This document shows, in pieces, positions 9,973-19,255 of a DNA stretch of 64,000 nt. This DNA comes from Candidatus Poribacteria bacterium. GTDB lineage: Bacteria > Poribacteria > WGA-4E > WGA-3G. Every line of letters starts with the position of its first letter. Position 1 is the stretch's first letter. The notes under the pieces were generated by a model that worked only from the letters and a program-made list of their open reading frames with translations, was not told where the DNA came from and did no database searches. The stretch lies in assembly GCA_022821965.1 (NCBI GenBank), contig JAJECN010000015.1, positions 54,785 to 118,784 on the forward strand, given 5' to 3'. The position numbers and the translations under genes were made by a program.

Positions 9973-10722
9973 ATGAGCCACCGAAACCTTTTACATAGAA
10001 TATTGGTAATCCCCCTTACAGTTACAATTTGTGCTTTCTTGGGTTGTGGTGAAACTATAGAAACTATAGAGATAGACAGAGCGAGTTTTTCAGGACGCGT
10101 TGTTGATGAAGTTGGAAATCCAGTTGCAGGGCTCGCGTTAGTCATTGTCCCGTGTAAAGTTGATGATGAGGCCGATATAGCGGTTTACGACGCGGAGACT
10201 AATGATACAGGTCATTTCTCTATTACGGGTATCTATCCCGGAAAAGCTCATTTCATGTTAGAGCCTGGGTATCAAAACGGTCTACCTCTTGAGCCGGAAT
10301 ATCAACTCCTTTCCTTTAAAATCGGGGTTTCTGCTTACTCTCCGAAAGACTTGTCTCCTGATCCTTGCACTCAGGATACCTTTTTTATTTCGCCGGGTGC
10401 GCGAATCGAAAACGTAGAGGTCGCGGTGCGCCTCCGGATGCGGATTCGCGCGAAAGTCGTTTTTGCAGATGGCACCCCCTTGGTAGATAAAGAGGTTAGT
10501 CTCAACATAAGAGCGTTCGATTTACAAGGAAGTAGTGTTGTTGGAGGTATCCAGGGGTCTGTGCAAACCGATGCTCAGGGATACTTTGTGCAGTATGTAG
10601 ATAGGAACGAGGCAATCGGCTATAGGGTGTCAGTTGAATATAAATGGCTTTGCTCAACATCGGAGATATTTATATTCGGAGTTGAGGAACGTCGCGAAGA
10701 TCTGATTTTGAAGTTAAGTTGA
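9973..10722 (+). CDS. lipoprotein paralog with CarboxypepD_reg-like domains, lacking the lectin domain
   Basis: Lipobox AFLG-C after MSHRNLLHRILVIPLTVTI. GRVVDEVGNPVAG motif. The protein ends before any CTLD. Start chosen at the in-frame ATG that gives a canonical lipoprotein signal; track ORF begins at GTG 9901. Confidence 0.7.
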   Translation: MSHRNLLHRILVIPLTVTICAFLGCGETIETIEIDRASFSGRVVDEVGNPVAGLALVIVPCKVDDEADIAVYDAETNDTGHFSITGIYPGKAHFMLEPGYQNGLPLEPEYQLLSFKIGVSAYSPKDLSPDPCTQDTFFISPGARIENVEVAVRLRMRIRAKVVFADGTPLVDKEVSLNIRAFDLQGSSVVGGIQGSVQTDAQGYFVQYVDRNEAIGYRVSVEYKWLCSTSEIFIFGVEERREDLILKLS

Positions 10723-10844
10723 AGTTAACAAGTGCACCCAAGTGAAGTGTGCCCTTTTTAAATCCAGACACCTGTAAACTGATTCATACCTTAGCTTGGA
10801 CGACATGCAGAGAAGATTCTACCCACATAAAGGGGAGGGTAACT

Positions 10845-11642
10845 ATGAGTTGTCAAAATTTTTTACATGAAATAGTGTTAATTTCCTTTGTAATTGCAAT
10901 CTGTACCTTATTGGGTTGTGGTGAAACTGAAGATACGTCCTCCTTGGCATTGTCGGAAACCGTGATAGATGGGGACACAGCAAGTTTTTCAGGGCGCGTT
11001 GTTGATGAAAATGGGAATCTGGTTGCTGGGCTTGCCTTGGTCATTCAGCCTCTTGAAGTCGACGATAATACTGGGGGGTGGATGTACGGTCCGACTTTGG
11101 AAGCGGAGACCGATGATGCAGGACATTTCTCTATCACAAATATTCGTCCTGGGCAATTTCAATTCATGTTGGCACGTGACTATCGGAACAGTCTGCTTTT
11201 TGAAACGGAATATCAACTCCTTTCTGTCAAAATCGGGACTTTTGCCTATCATCCGGGCGACCGGTTCCCTCCTGCTTTTACTAAAGATACTCTTTCTATC
11301 ACTCCAGGCGCGGAAATAGAAAACGTAGAGGTCACGGTACGACTCCGAATGCGGGTTCGCGCGAAAATTGTTTTTGCAGATGGCACGCCCTTGGCAAACA
11401 AGGAAGTTAAAATCAGCATAAAAACGCGAGATTTACATGGAGATGGGAGTGGGAGTATTGGGTCTATATTGCAAACCGATGTCCAAGGGTACTTCATACA
11501 GTACGTGGATAGAGGTCGGGCGACCTCCTACACCGTATCGGTAGAATATAAAGAACTTTCTGCAACGTCAGAGAAATTTGTACTCAATGTCGGGGAACGT
11601 CGCGAAGATTTAATTTTGAAATTATCGGGTCCTCCCCAGTAA
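10845..11642 (+). CDS. lipoprotein paralog with CarboxypepD_reg-like domains, lacking the lectin domain
   Basis: SD AAAGGGGAGGG then ATG. Lipobox TLLG-C. About 60% identical to the 9973 gene. Confidence 0.75.
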   Translation: MSCQNFLHEIVLISFVIAICTLLGCGETEDTSSLALSETVIDGDTASFSGRVVDENGNLVAGLALVIQPLEVDDNTGGWMYGPTLEAETDDAGHFSITNIRPGQFQFMLARDYRNSLLFETEYQLLSVKIGTFAYHPGDRFPPAFTKDTLSITPGAEIENVEVTVRLRMRVRAKIVFADGTPLANKEVKISIKTRDLHGDGSGSIGSILQTDVQGYFIQYVDRGRATSYTVSVEYKELSATSEKFVLNVGERREDLILKLSGPPQ

Positions 11643-11687
11643 AGTGATGATAACGGCACTAAAGCGTATGAATTAGATGTGGTCGCT

Positions 11688-12767
11688 TCACGAAAGTAGA
11701 TTTCCACAGTAGGCACAAGCGTCTAACTTGACATCTCCATTAAACGTTTCACGCTCCGGCGTTAAGTAGGTCTCATAGTTCGTAACGCAATTTGGGTTTT
11801 CACACGTCCGAGTAGAGGTGCCAATGTCTCGTTTCGGGGGTTGGGTCAAGATGAGTTGTTCCAATCCCATGAGACTGGCGATGAGTGCCATCCGAACCGG
11901 TACTGCGTTGGCGGATTGCTCGAAATAGGCGGCACGTGGGTCGTCGTCTAACTCATAAGCGAGTTCATTGACGCGCGGGAGTGGATGCATAATCATCGCG
12001 TCCGGCTTTGCGTTTTTCATGACTTCTGCATTCAGTAGATAACTGCCGCGCACGGCGGCTGGATCCATGTTCGATGGCAGTCGTTCCTCCTGAAGCCGAT
12101 TCACATAGATGACATCCAACCTCTCAATCACTTCTGTGATATTTTCTACTTCAAGCGGTATCTGTCCATGACACTGTTCGAGTTGCGCGAGCAGCCACGG
12201 TGGCATCTGTAGCGGTTGTGGCGCGATGTGAACCAGTTGCCCACCGAATCTCGCAACTGCCAAAGCAAAGGAGTGTGCCGCTCGTCCAAACTGCAGATCG
12301 CCGCAGATACCGACGGTTAACCCTTCTACTTTCGATTTTCGGCGTATAATCGTATATAGGTCCGCGAGTGCTTGTGTCGGATGTGTATGGCTGCCATCAC
12401 CGCCGTTGATGACGGGGATATGCGCGTATTTTGCCATAACACGTGCTGCGCCTGCCCAGTTATGCCGCACCACAATGATGTCGGCATAATTCGTCACCAT
12501 CCGCGCAGTGTCGGCGAGCGTTTCGCCTTTGGCGGTAGAAGTCGCGCTTGGGTCAGCGAAACCGAGAGTGCCACCATTGAGGCGTTCCATCGCACTTTCA
12601 AACGAAAGCCGGGTACGTGTACTCGGTTCATAGAAGAGCGTTGCGAGCAATTTGCTCCTGCTGATGCCCGCCCATGTCTCTAATTGCGACTGCATGCCTC
12701 CTGCAAGTCGAAAAATCTGTTCAATCTCAAAATTCGACAAATCGTCGAGTGTTATCAGATGCCGCAT
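11688..12767 (-). CDS. pyrB: aspartate carbamoyltransferase catalytic chain fused to a PyrI-type C-terminal zinc-ribbon domain
   Basis: STRTR and HPTQALAD ATCase motifs with SD AAGGAGG. Extra C-terminal ~45 aa C-ENPNC...C-AYC resembles the PyrI zinc domain (CPNSNC...CKYC). Confidence 0.85.
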   Translation of the reverse strand: MRHLITLDDLSNFEIEQIFRLAGGMQSQLETWAGISRSKLLATLFYEPSTRTRLSFESAMERLNGGTLGFADPSATSTAKGETLADTARMVTNYADIIVVRHNWAGAARVMAKYAHIPVINGGDGSHTHPTQALADLYTIIRRKSKVEGLTVGICGDLQFGRAAHSFALAVARFGGQLVHIAPQPLQMPPWLLAQLEQCHGQIPLEVENITEVIERLDVIYVNRLQEERLPSNMDPAAVRGSYLLNAEVMKNAKPDAMIMHPLPRVNELAYELDDDPRAAYFEQSANAVPVRMALIASLMGLEQLILTQPPKRDIGTSTRTCENPNCVTNYETYLTPERETFNGDVKLDACAYCGNLLS

Positions 12768-12809
12768 TTTCCTCCTTTAAGCACGTGTTGTGAGTGTATC
12801 TTTTCGTTC

Positions 12810-13766
12810 TTATCTGCTTAAAGATTGCATGAACGCTTCAAGACTGTCGGATTGAGGAACCGCAAGTAACAATTGCTTGAGGTCTTGCAAATCGTCTATA
12901 GATTCAAGAGCAGGCTTTAAGGCTTGGACTGCATCAGTCTCAAACTGCATCCCGAGCAATGCGATAATGTTTTCAATGGTGCCTTTTTTTTCACCTTGTT
13001 CGATGCCTTGTTCAATACCTTGTTCAATACCTTGTTCAATACCTTGTTCGATGCCTTCCTTGAGTCCCTCTTGTTTAGCCTCTATTTTTGCCTCCTGAAT
13101 GTAGTGTTGAAAAAAAGGAGATTCTTGCATGATACCCTCCGGTAAAAGTTGTTTAATCAGTTGGGGTTCATAAACTAAACCGCCAAAAACACCCAGGGCT
13201 GCCAATAAAGTATCTCGAGTATGTCGGTCTGTGCGTGCTGATGCTGTTACATCAATACATTTTTCCAACCAACGGTTCGGATTTGTCCCTTCTGGCGGTT
13301 TCATCAACGGTGTGAACGGCAGTAATCCCGGTGCCTGCATTTCCAAAATTGATTGTCCATCTATCTCAATCAACTTAATCACTTTGTAGCGCAATGTGTA
13401 TTCATAACCGGAATCCTTGTAAGCATAGTAGCCTTTATCATATCTGCCTGCTTTGGGGTGCAGATAGAGAACGTTAGAGTAAACAGGTATCTCATGTAAA
13501 TTCATCAGAAAACCGTTATATCCTGCAATCCGGGACCACATCGGTTTTCTGCTATTATCTGCTTGGACCTCGGTATGAAGTATCACTGTTGCGTTGTCGA
13601 GCTGCACCTTCAAGGTACTGTCATTTTGATGCGTCTTGAGTGTTGGTTCCTCAGTTTCAAGTCTCTCCAGAACTGTGATGTTTGAATGCCCCACCATGAA
13701 TTCTGCGAATTCTTGTGAATATTCCAGCATAATATATTTCGCTGCGTTGTCATAATGCTGTGCCAT
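12810..13766 (-). CDS. Rpn-family recombination-promoting nuclease / putative transposase (PDDEXK_7) with C-terminal GIEQ repeat domain
   Basis: VILHTEVQ (D/E..Q nuclease motif) and a C-terminal (GIEQ)x5 DUF4351-like repeat. Start uncertain; an alternative upstream start at 13841 would overlap pyrD. Confidence 0.6.
   Translation of the reverse strand: MAQHYDNAAKYIMLEYSQEFAEFMVGHSNITVLERLETEEPTLKTHQNDSTLKVQLDNATVILHTEVQADNSRKPMWSRIAGYNGFLMNLHEIPVYSNVLYLHPKAGRYDKGYYAYKDSGYEYTLRYKVIKLIEIDGQSILEMQAPGLLPFTPLMKPPEGTNPNRWLEKCIDVTASARTDRHTRDTLLAALGVFGGLVYEPQLIKQLLPEGIMQESPFFQHYIQEAKIEAKQEGLKEGIEQGIEQGIEQGIEQGIEQGEKKGTIENIIALLGMQFETDAVQALKPALESIDDLQDLKQLLLAVPQSDSLEAFMQSLSR
12995..13054. repeat. 5 tandem copies of a 12-bp unit (CTTGTTCAATAC/CTTGTTCGATGC) encoding the (GIEQ)5 repeat of the Rpn-family protein
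   Basis: Direct reading of the sequence. The repeat lies inside the CDS, is in-frame and is not a CRISPR array. Confidence 0.9.
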
Positions 13767-13815
13767 ATTGTTATTATACACCAGATTTTCAGGAGATACA
13801 ACTTTTTCACAATAA

Positions 13816-14745
13816 TTACGAATCGACCTGCAAGCTACCAATCAATTCATTAATCGATTTCATGTTTGCTTCTTTGAGGTAGGCGTGAATCCCTTTTACG
13901 ACTTCTATTGATGCGTGTGGATTAACGAAGTTCGCTGTCCCGATTGCGACGGCGGAGGCACCGGCGATAAAAAATTCAATGGCATCTGTCGCAGTCATAA
14001 TGCCTCCCATGCCGATAATTGGGATTGAGACGTTTTTGTAAACCTCCCAAACCAATCGGAGTGCCACGGGCTTTATCGCAGGACCGGAGAGTCCTCCTGT
14101 CACGTTTGCAAGTTCCGGTTTTCGTGTTTCTGCATTAATCGCCATACCGAGAAGCGTGTTGATGGCGGAAAGCGCGTTCGCACCCGCATCCTCGACGGCA
14201 CGTGCAATAATGCTAATATCTGTAACGTTTGGGGAGAGTTTCACTAAGAGTGGTAGGTGTGTGTTTGCTCGAACCTCTGTGACAAGTTGATGTGCCAACG
14301 TTGCATCAACACCGAAACTCATACCACCGCAATCTAAGTTCGGACAGGAGATGTTGAGTTCCACCCCCGCGATGCCATCTGCCGTGTTTAGTTTTTCGAT
14401 CACTGTCAGGTATTCTTTGACCGTTTTGCCACAGACGTTGACAATTACCGGTACATCGAAATCACGGAGGTAGGGAAGTTTCTCCGAGATAAAACCGTCT
14501 ACGCCGACGTTTTGAAGTCCAATCGCATTGAGCATACCGGAGGGTGTTTCCATGATGCGTTGCATCGGATTGCCGGGCCACGGCACGCTTGTGATGCCTT
14601 TAACGACGACCGCACCGAGTCGGTTCAGATCCACGAAATCCACGTATTCACTGCCGTAGCCGAAGGTGCCGGATGCCGTCATGACGGGATTGCGCATCTG
14701 TATCCCGCCGATATTCACGCTGAGTGGTAAGTCTGTTGTGTCCAT
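13816..14745 (-). CDS. pyrD: dihydroorotate dehydrogenase, class 1 catalytic subunit
   Basis: Motifs NPVMTASGTFGYG, LNISCPN, GGMSFG. Start chosen by homology at MDTTDLPL; the ORF extends in-frame to 14790. Confidence 0.8.
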   Translation of the reverse strand: MDTTDLPLSVNIGGIQMRNPVMTASGTFGYGSEYVDFVDLNRLGAVVVKGITSVPWPGNPMQRIMETPSGMLNAIGLQNVGVDGFISEKLPYLRDFDVPVIVNVCGKTVKEYLTVIEKLNTADGIAGVELNISCPNLDCGGMSFGVDATLAHQLVTEVRANTHLPLLVKLSPNVTDISIIARAVEDAGANALSAINTLLGMAINAETRKPELANVTGGLSGPAIKPVALRLVWEVYKNVSIPIIGMGGIMTATDAIEFFIAGASAVAIGTANFVNPHASIEVVKGIHAYLKEANMKSINELIGSLQVDS

Positions 14746-14854
14746 TTTATCTAAATGAGGGTAGTTTTGCTGTTCTTCATGAATCTTCATGAAAAGTTTA
14801 GCACCAATATATCTCAGAAGTCAAGCAATTTTCCGCATTCTTTTGGTAAGAGGT

Positions 14855-16798
14855 TTACCAACTTAGGTAGACGACGCGAAAATCGAAAATCAATCCCAAA
14901 ATACTAATTATGGATGCGACGATCACATCACCAATAACCAAGCCGATGAAGAACGGGATTGAACGCCGGTATAAGCGGACACCTCCAGTCGAGAGCAATA
15001 TCCGTTTAATGATCCAACTGATTAAGAGCGGAAACCAAAGTCCGGTAAAGGTCCACCAACTTGAAACGACGTATCCAACGGGATGCAGGGGCCACTGAAT
15101 GAATCGCCATCGTAGGAGCAGGAGGCTAACAGCGAAGGTAAATCCGCCAGCGGTATAGAGCATACCGCTAATACTCGTTTCGCTGGGATTATAAAGCCAT
15201 CCCGCGAGTCTGTTGAAAGCGGCGCGAGCATACCACGAGCGCGCCTGCTCTAAACCGACTTGGTAGGAGAGATGCAAGTGTCCCCACGCTGCAGAGAGCG
15301 CACCTACGAAGATAGCAATCGCTAATACCCATAGCAATTGCGTCGGATTGAAGCGGGTTTGATGTGCGAGTTTCAATCCCTCCAGTTGATGCGGCATCGG
15401 GTGTGCACGATACGAGAGATGGTTCAACCAGAAAAAGAGCGACATCACCGAGAGGTTCCGGTTGCCGATACGCCGTGTGCCGAGAGCATCTGTCAAAAGT
15501 AGGTCTGGACCGGCGTTGTAGAGGTCGTGCGCGGGCGGTCCCAGTTCGGCACGGATACGGGTGATTGTCACCGACATCGCGAAATAGAGCGCGAAGAATA
15601 AGGCTGCAAACCAGAGCGACATTCCCGCCTTCAGACAAAACGCCAGAATCAAGATAAATCCGATGAGCGCGCCGATGCCTGCTGTTCTATAACGTAACGC
15701 TTCACCTTCGTCGTTAGTGGGAGGCGCGCGGTTGTTGAAAATCGTCTGCAGCACCACCTTAACATGTGAACGTCCCATCCACAGGGTCCAGAGAAATAGG
15801 GCTATCCAGACCCCTCGAATTTGCGCCATTTCTCGCGGAAATCCGACAGCACCTCGCCAGCCGAACATCTCACCAATGATCCGCTCAAAGTGCCAAAACA
15901 GGTGAAAAAACCAGCAGGAGAACCCCAAATCGAGTGGGATCAGAAAACCCACCCCAATCGCAAACGGAAAGAAACTGATACGGAAACCGGGGTTATTCAT
16001 CGCACTCCACGGCTTTTCACCGAGTCGAAATCCGTGGTAAAGCGGAATTGTAGGGAAAACAGGATCGATTTGGTGTAAACTATAAAGAAGATTCAGGACA
16101 GCAGCGATGCATAAGCCGACGGTCATCATCCGTCTATTGAAAAACAGATGGGACGCAGTTCGTAGGGGGTTTCCTGCATTTGTCGCCGCTCGTGTGATTT
16201 CGTAAGGGAGTTGTGCGATCGGGTAGGTGAGCCGTTCATGTTCTTGCCACTGCTTACGTATAAGCACATTGATGCAGAGCATCGTCACCCCGATGACGAG
16301 GCAGAAACAGACCCAGATTAACGTTGGCAATAGCCACGCTTGTATGTTGGTCTGGAGGTAGAACGTGGATTCGCCTTTGTAGAAACCTTGTAATACCTCC
16401 TGTTTTCCAACGACAAGCCATTCAGGAAGGTGTTGATGAAAGAGTTGTGCCCATTCATTTTCGGTAGTTGCGTACCAAAAACCGTTGCCCATCAATGGCA
16501 CCAAGACTTGTAGCATATCGCGTCCGGCGAAAACGGAGGCTTGGCACAGCATCGCATAGATCGTTAGCAATTCGCTCTGTGTAAACGCCAACGTTGGGTG
16601 CAAGCGGCGTAGTATCACACTGAGTCCGATAAGGACGAGCAGCGTGAACAGGACATTGAACAGCAATGCTAAACTCGTGGGGCGGTTGGAGTCCCATATA
16701 TAACTGAGGTGTAGAACCCAGTAGCTATTAAATGGGATGAGCAGAATTCCAATCAGCGTTGCACGTAGCGTAATAGGGCTTTTTGAAGGGTGTTTCAT
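14855..16798 (-). CDS. large polytopic integral membrane protein of unknown function (647 aa, >12 predicted TM helices)
   Basis: Long ORF made of hydrophobic segments throughout. No catalytic motif recognised. Confidence 0.6.
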   Translation of the reverse strand: MKHPSKSPITLRATLIGILLIPFNSYWVLHLSYIWDSNRPTSLALLFNVLFTLLVLIGLSVILRRLHPTLAFTQSELLTIYAMLCQASVFAGRDMLQVLVPLMGNGFWYATTENEWAQLFHQHLPEWLVVGKQEVLQGFYKGESTFYLQTNIQAWLLPTLIWVCFCLVIGVTMLCINVLIRKQWQEHERLTYPIAQLPYEITRAATNAGNPLRTASHLFFNRRMMTVGLCIAAVLNLLYSLHQIDPVFPTIPLYHGFRLGEKPWSAMNNPGFRISFFPFAIGVGFLIPLDLGFSCWFFHLFWHFERIIGEMFGWRGAVGFPREMAQIRGVWIALFLWTLWMGRSHVKVVLQTIFNNRAPPTNDEGEALRYRTAGIGALIGFILILAFCLKAGMSLWFAALFFALYFAMSVTITRIRAELGPPAHDLYNAGPDLLLTDALGTRRIGNRNLSVMSLFFWLNHLSYRAHPMPHQLEGLKLAHQTRFNPTQLLWVLAIAIFVGALSAAWGHLHLSYQVGLEQARSWYARAAFNRLAGWLYNPSETSISGMLYTAGGFTFAVSLLLLRWRFIQWPLHPVGYVVSSWWTFTGLWFPLLISWIIKRILLSTGGVRLYRRSIPFFIGLVIGDVIVASIISILGLIFDFRVVYLSW

Positions 16799-16853
16799 AT
16801 TTTTTAGCGATGTACATTGCTACGGTCTGGCAGATGGGAGGAGATAACAGGAA

Positions 16854-17075
16854 ATGGCGATGATGGCGGTATTTGGTTTTGTTGTTATAGTTATGATATG
16901 TGGCGGTGTGCTATTGGCACGCTTGGCAACAGTCGCTAAATCCAAAGGTTCATGGATATGGGGATGCTTCATCCTCATTGTACTTATCTGCGTTCCACTT
17001 TTTTTACTGGGTCTCGGTGTGTGGTTTCTCCACTTTAGTGGAATATCCTCGGGACAATTTAGCCCATTTGGTTAA
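16854..17075 (+). CDS. possible small membrane protein (73 aa, 2 TM helices)
   Basis: A GGGAGGAG motif lies ~12 nt upstream of the ATG. The peptide is strongly hydrophobic. It is the only + strand ORF in a 290-bp gap between two minus-strand genes. Confidence 0.25.
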   Translation: MAMMAVFGFVVIVMICGGVLLARLATVAKSKGSWIWGCFILIVLICVPLFLLGLGVWFLHFSGISSGQFSPFG

Positions 17076-17090
17076 TCATGCGTTGCAAAA

Positions 17091-17783
17091 TCAAAGGTCT
17101 TCCTCCGCAGATGTTTCTTCTTGGGCAACTGGTGTTTTGCCTGCCAGATAAAGAAACCATATCGTAAGCGCGATTGCGATGAGAATCCACAAAGCACCCC
17201 AAATTTCAGTCGCTATGCCTGTTACCTCCGATAGCATCCGGGCATCTGAACGGAGACTGGATCTGTCTAAAACATCGCTCTTGATGTCAAGGATCGCGTA
17301 GAGACAACTCGTCACGCCGATAATACGTAACACCCAATCGTTGACAACCTCTGGAAGATAAAAGCCGATGGCGATCAGCGCAACGCCAAAACCGATACCG
17401 AACAGATAGGTAAATGTACTCTCGCCCAAGCCTATGGAGATGGCTACCATACCGACACCGATCAGGATACTAATCGCTTTATCAAAACGTGTTCTCGCTG
17501 CCAGAAGCAGAATGATCCCACCCCACAATAGACTGCCAAGATAGCCCGCTGTTAATGTCCAAAACCGAGAGCCACCTTGTGTGAGCGCGTGTCCCCCTTG
17601 CTGTGGGTTAATCTGAATTTCAAGGATGCGACCTCCCGTTGCGATCGCCGCAAGCCCATGGCTCACCTCATGCATGAACACAACGAAGATTTTGAGTGGA
17701 TATACAAACAGCGTGTTCCATAAAAACCCGATGGCTATGAAGATCAGGAGCAGCGCGATATAACGTTTAAAAATTGATAGCAT
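17091..17783 (-). CDS. membrane-embedded zinc metalloprotease-like protein (HExxH in a TM segment; M50/site-2-protease-like)
   Basis: FVVFMHEVSHGLAAIATGG motif within a hydrophobic helix; about 6 TM helices. Confidence 0.45.
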   Translation of the reverse strand: MLSIFKRYIALLLIFIAIGFLWNTLFVYPLKIFVVFMHEVSHGLAAIATGGRILEIQINPQQGGHALTQGGSRFWTLTAGYLGSLLWGGIILLLAARTRFDKAISILIGVGMVAISIGLGESTFTYLFGIGFGVALIAIGFYLPEVVNDWVLRIIGVTSCLYAILDIKSDVLDRSSLRSDARMLSEVTGIATEIWGALWILIAIALTIWFLYLAGKTPVAQEETSAEEDL

Positions 17784-18042
17784 AAAATCCTTTTAAGGAA
17801 TGACGGTCGGGTGTTGTGGTGGTTCTAATTGTACGGAAAATAAGAACGCTGTACAGATGTCCAAACCCGGTCGCGGTTTAACAGAAAACCTGCCTGAAAC
17901 GAAGTGGAAGGCAGAGCAGAAACTCCACATTTAAATTACTTGCGTTTTGCGAAAGAATCTGTTATATTATATCACAAAATGTCCAAAATATACAATTCTA
18001 AAAGTAAAGGTGCGCGCTTACAAAACGCGCCTGTAAAACTAA

Positions 18043-19128
18043 ATGAATACATTCGGTCACCTTTTTCGGATTACGACTTGGGGCGAGTCGCACGGCGGTG
18101 CTGTCGGTGTTGTGGTTGATGGATGTCCACCGCAAATTGACTTGGACGAATCCGCAATACAATTTGAACTTGATCGACGGAGACCGGGCCAAAGCCATCT
18201 CACAACATCTCGTCAAGAGGGCGATGCAGTTGAAATACTTTCCGGTGTCTTTGAAGGTAAAACGCTTGGAACGCCTATCTCTATGCTGGTATGGAATAAG
18301 GACGCGCGTCCATCAGCCTACGAACACCTGAAAGACCTTTACAGACCTTCACACGCCGATTTTACGTATCAGCAGAAATACGGTATCCGAAACTGGCAGG
18401 GGGGCGGTAGAGCGAGTGCACGGGAAACCATCGGGCGCGTCGCCGCGGGGGCAATCGCTAAGCAAGTTTTGCGTGAGATGTCCGGAACCGAAACGCTCGC
18501 TTATGTCAAACAGATTCATACATTGGAAGCCAACGTTGATGCCGACACGGTGACGCTTGAAGAGATAGAAGCAAGTCCTGTCCGGTGTCCCGATCCGATT
18601 GTTGGTCCAAAGATGGCGGAACGTGTCGATCAAGCGCGGCGTGACCTTGACTCTCTCGGCGGTATAATTGAGTCGGTTGCTCGTAATGTTCCTGTTGGAC
18701 TTGGTGAACCGGTATTCGACAAACTCAAAGCGGATTTGGCGAAAGCGATGATGTCTCTCCCCGCAACGATGGGTTTCCAAATTGGCTCCGGCTTTGGCGG
18801 TGTTACGATGACGGGGTCTGAACATAACGATCCCTTTTATCTCCAAAAGGACAACGAAACGGAGCGCATTCGGACGCGTACAAATAATTCCGGCGGCACA
18901 CAGGGCGGCATTTCAAACGGCGAAAATATTCTGTTCCAAGTCGCTTTCAAACCGACAGCGACAATTGGGAAGCCACAACAGACCGTCGATGTGGACGGAA
19001 ACGAGGTAACGTTAGAGGCGAGCGGACGACATGATCCTTGTGTGCTGGTACGCGCGCCCGCGATTGTGGAGGCGATGGCGGCACTTGTCCTCACAGATCA
19101 TCTGCTCCGCCAGCGCGCAAAATCTTAA
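18043..19128 (+). CDS. aroC: chorismate synthase
   Basis: N-terminus [30 protein letters not shown]; full-length 361 aa. Confidence 0.9.
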   Translation: MNTFGHLFRITTWGESHGGAVGVVVDGCPPQIDLDESAIQFELDRRRPGQSHLTTSRQEGDAVEILSGVFEGKTLGTPISMLVWNKDARPSAYEHLKDLYRPSHADFTYQQKYGIRNWQGGGRASARETIGRVAAGAIAKQVLREMSGTETLAYVKQIHTLEANVDADTVTLEEIEASPVRCPDPIVGPKMAERVDQARRDLDSLGGIIESVARNVPVGLGEPVFDKLKADLAKAMMSLPATMGFQIGSGFGGVTMTGSEHNDPFYLQKDNETERIRTRTNNSGGTQGGISNGENILFQVAFKPTATIGKPQQTVDVDGNEVTLEASGRHDPCVLVRAPAIVEAMAALVLTDHLLRQRAKS

Positions 19129-19171
19129 TGCCAGGTCCAACAATCATAAAAACATACGATGTCGTGGGTAT

Positions 19172-19205
19172 TTTCGCCTATTTTTTGTTGGCGAAAGTTC
19201 TGCTT
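19172..19205 (+). terminator. putative intrinsic terminator downstream of aroC
   Basis: Hairpin TTTCGCC-(11 nt)-GGCGAAA followed by a GTTCTGCTTT T-rich tract. Confidence 0.3.
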
Positions 19206-19255
19206 TCCGAGTAAATTGATGGTAGAAGCGTCTTAAAGTAGGGGATGCTGGAAAA

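Noticed and set aside
10725-10760. Weak hairpin GCAC-N11-GTGC followed by CCTTTTT as a terminator between the two lipoprotein paralogs
   Set aside because: The stem is only 4 bp and the element is marginal. It is not reported as a feature.
1-11642. Diversity-generating retroelement targeting the C-type lectin genes
   Set aside because: The window contains no reverse transcriptase and no template repeat that nearly matches a C-terminal variable region with A-to-N differences. Paralogs diverge over their whole length and by domain shuffling, not in a confined VR.
12995-13054. CRISPR-like or short tandem repeat array
   Set aside because: The 12-bp units are in-frame coding repeats (GIEQ)5 inside the Rpn-family gene. 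There are no spacers.
17784-18042. tRNA or small RNA gene, or sigma70 promoter (TTGCGA...TATATC) upstream of aroC
   Set aside because: No cloverleaf-compatible sequence was found. The promoter-like hexamers are weak and the spacing is ambiguous.
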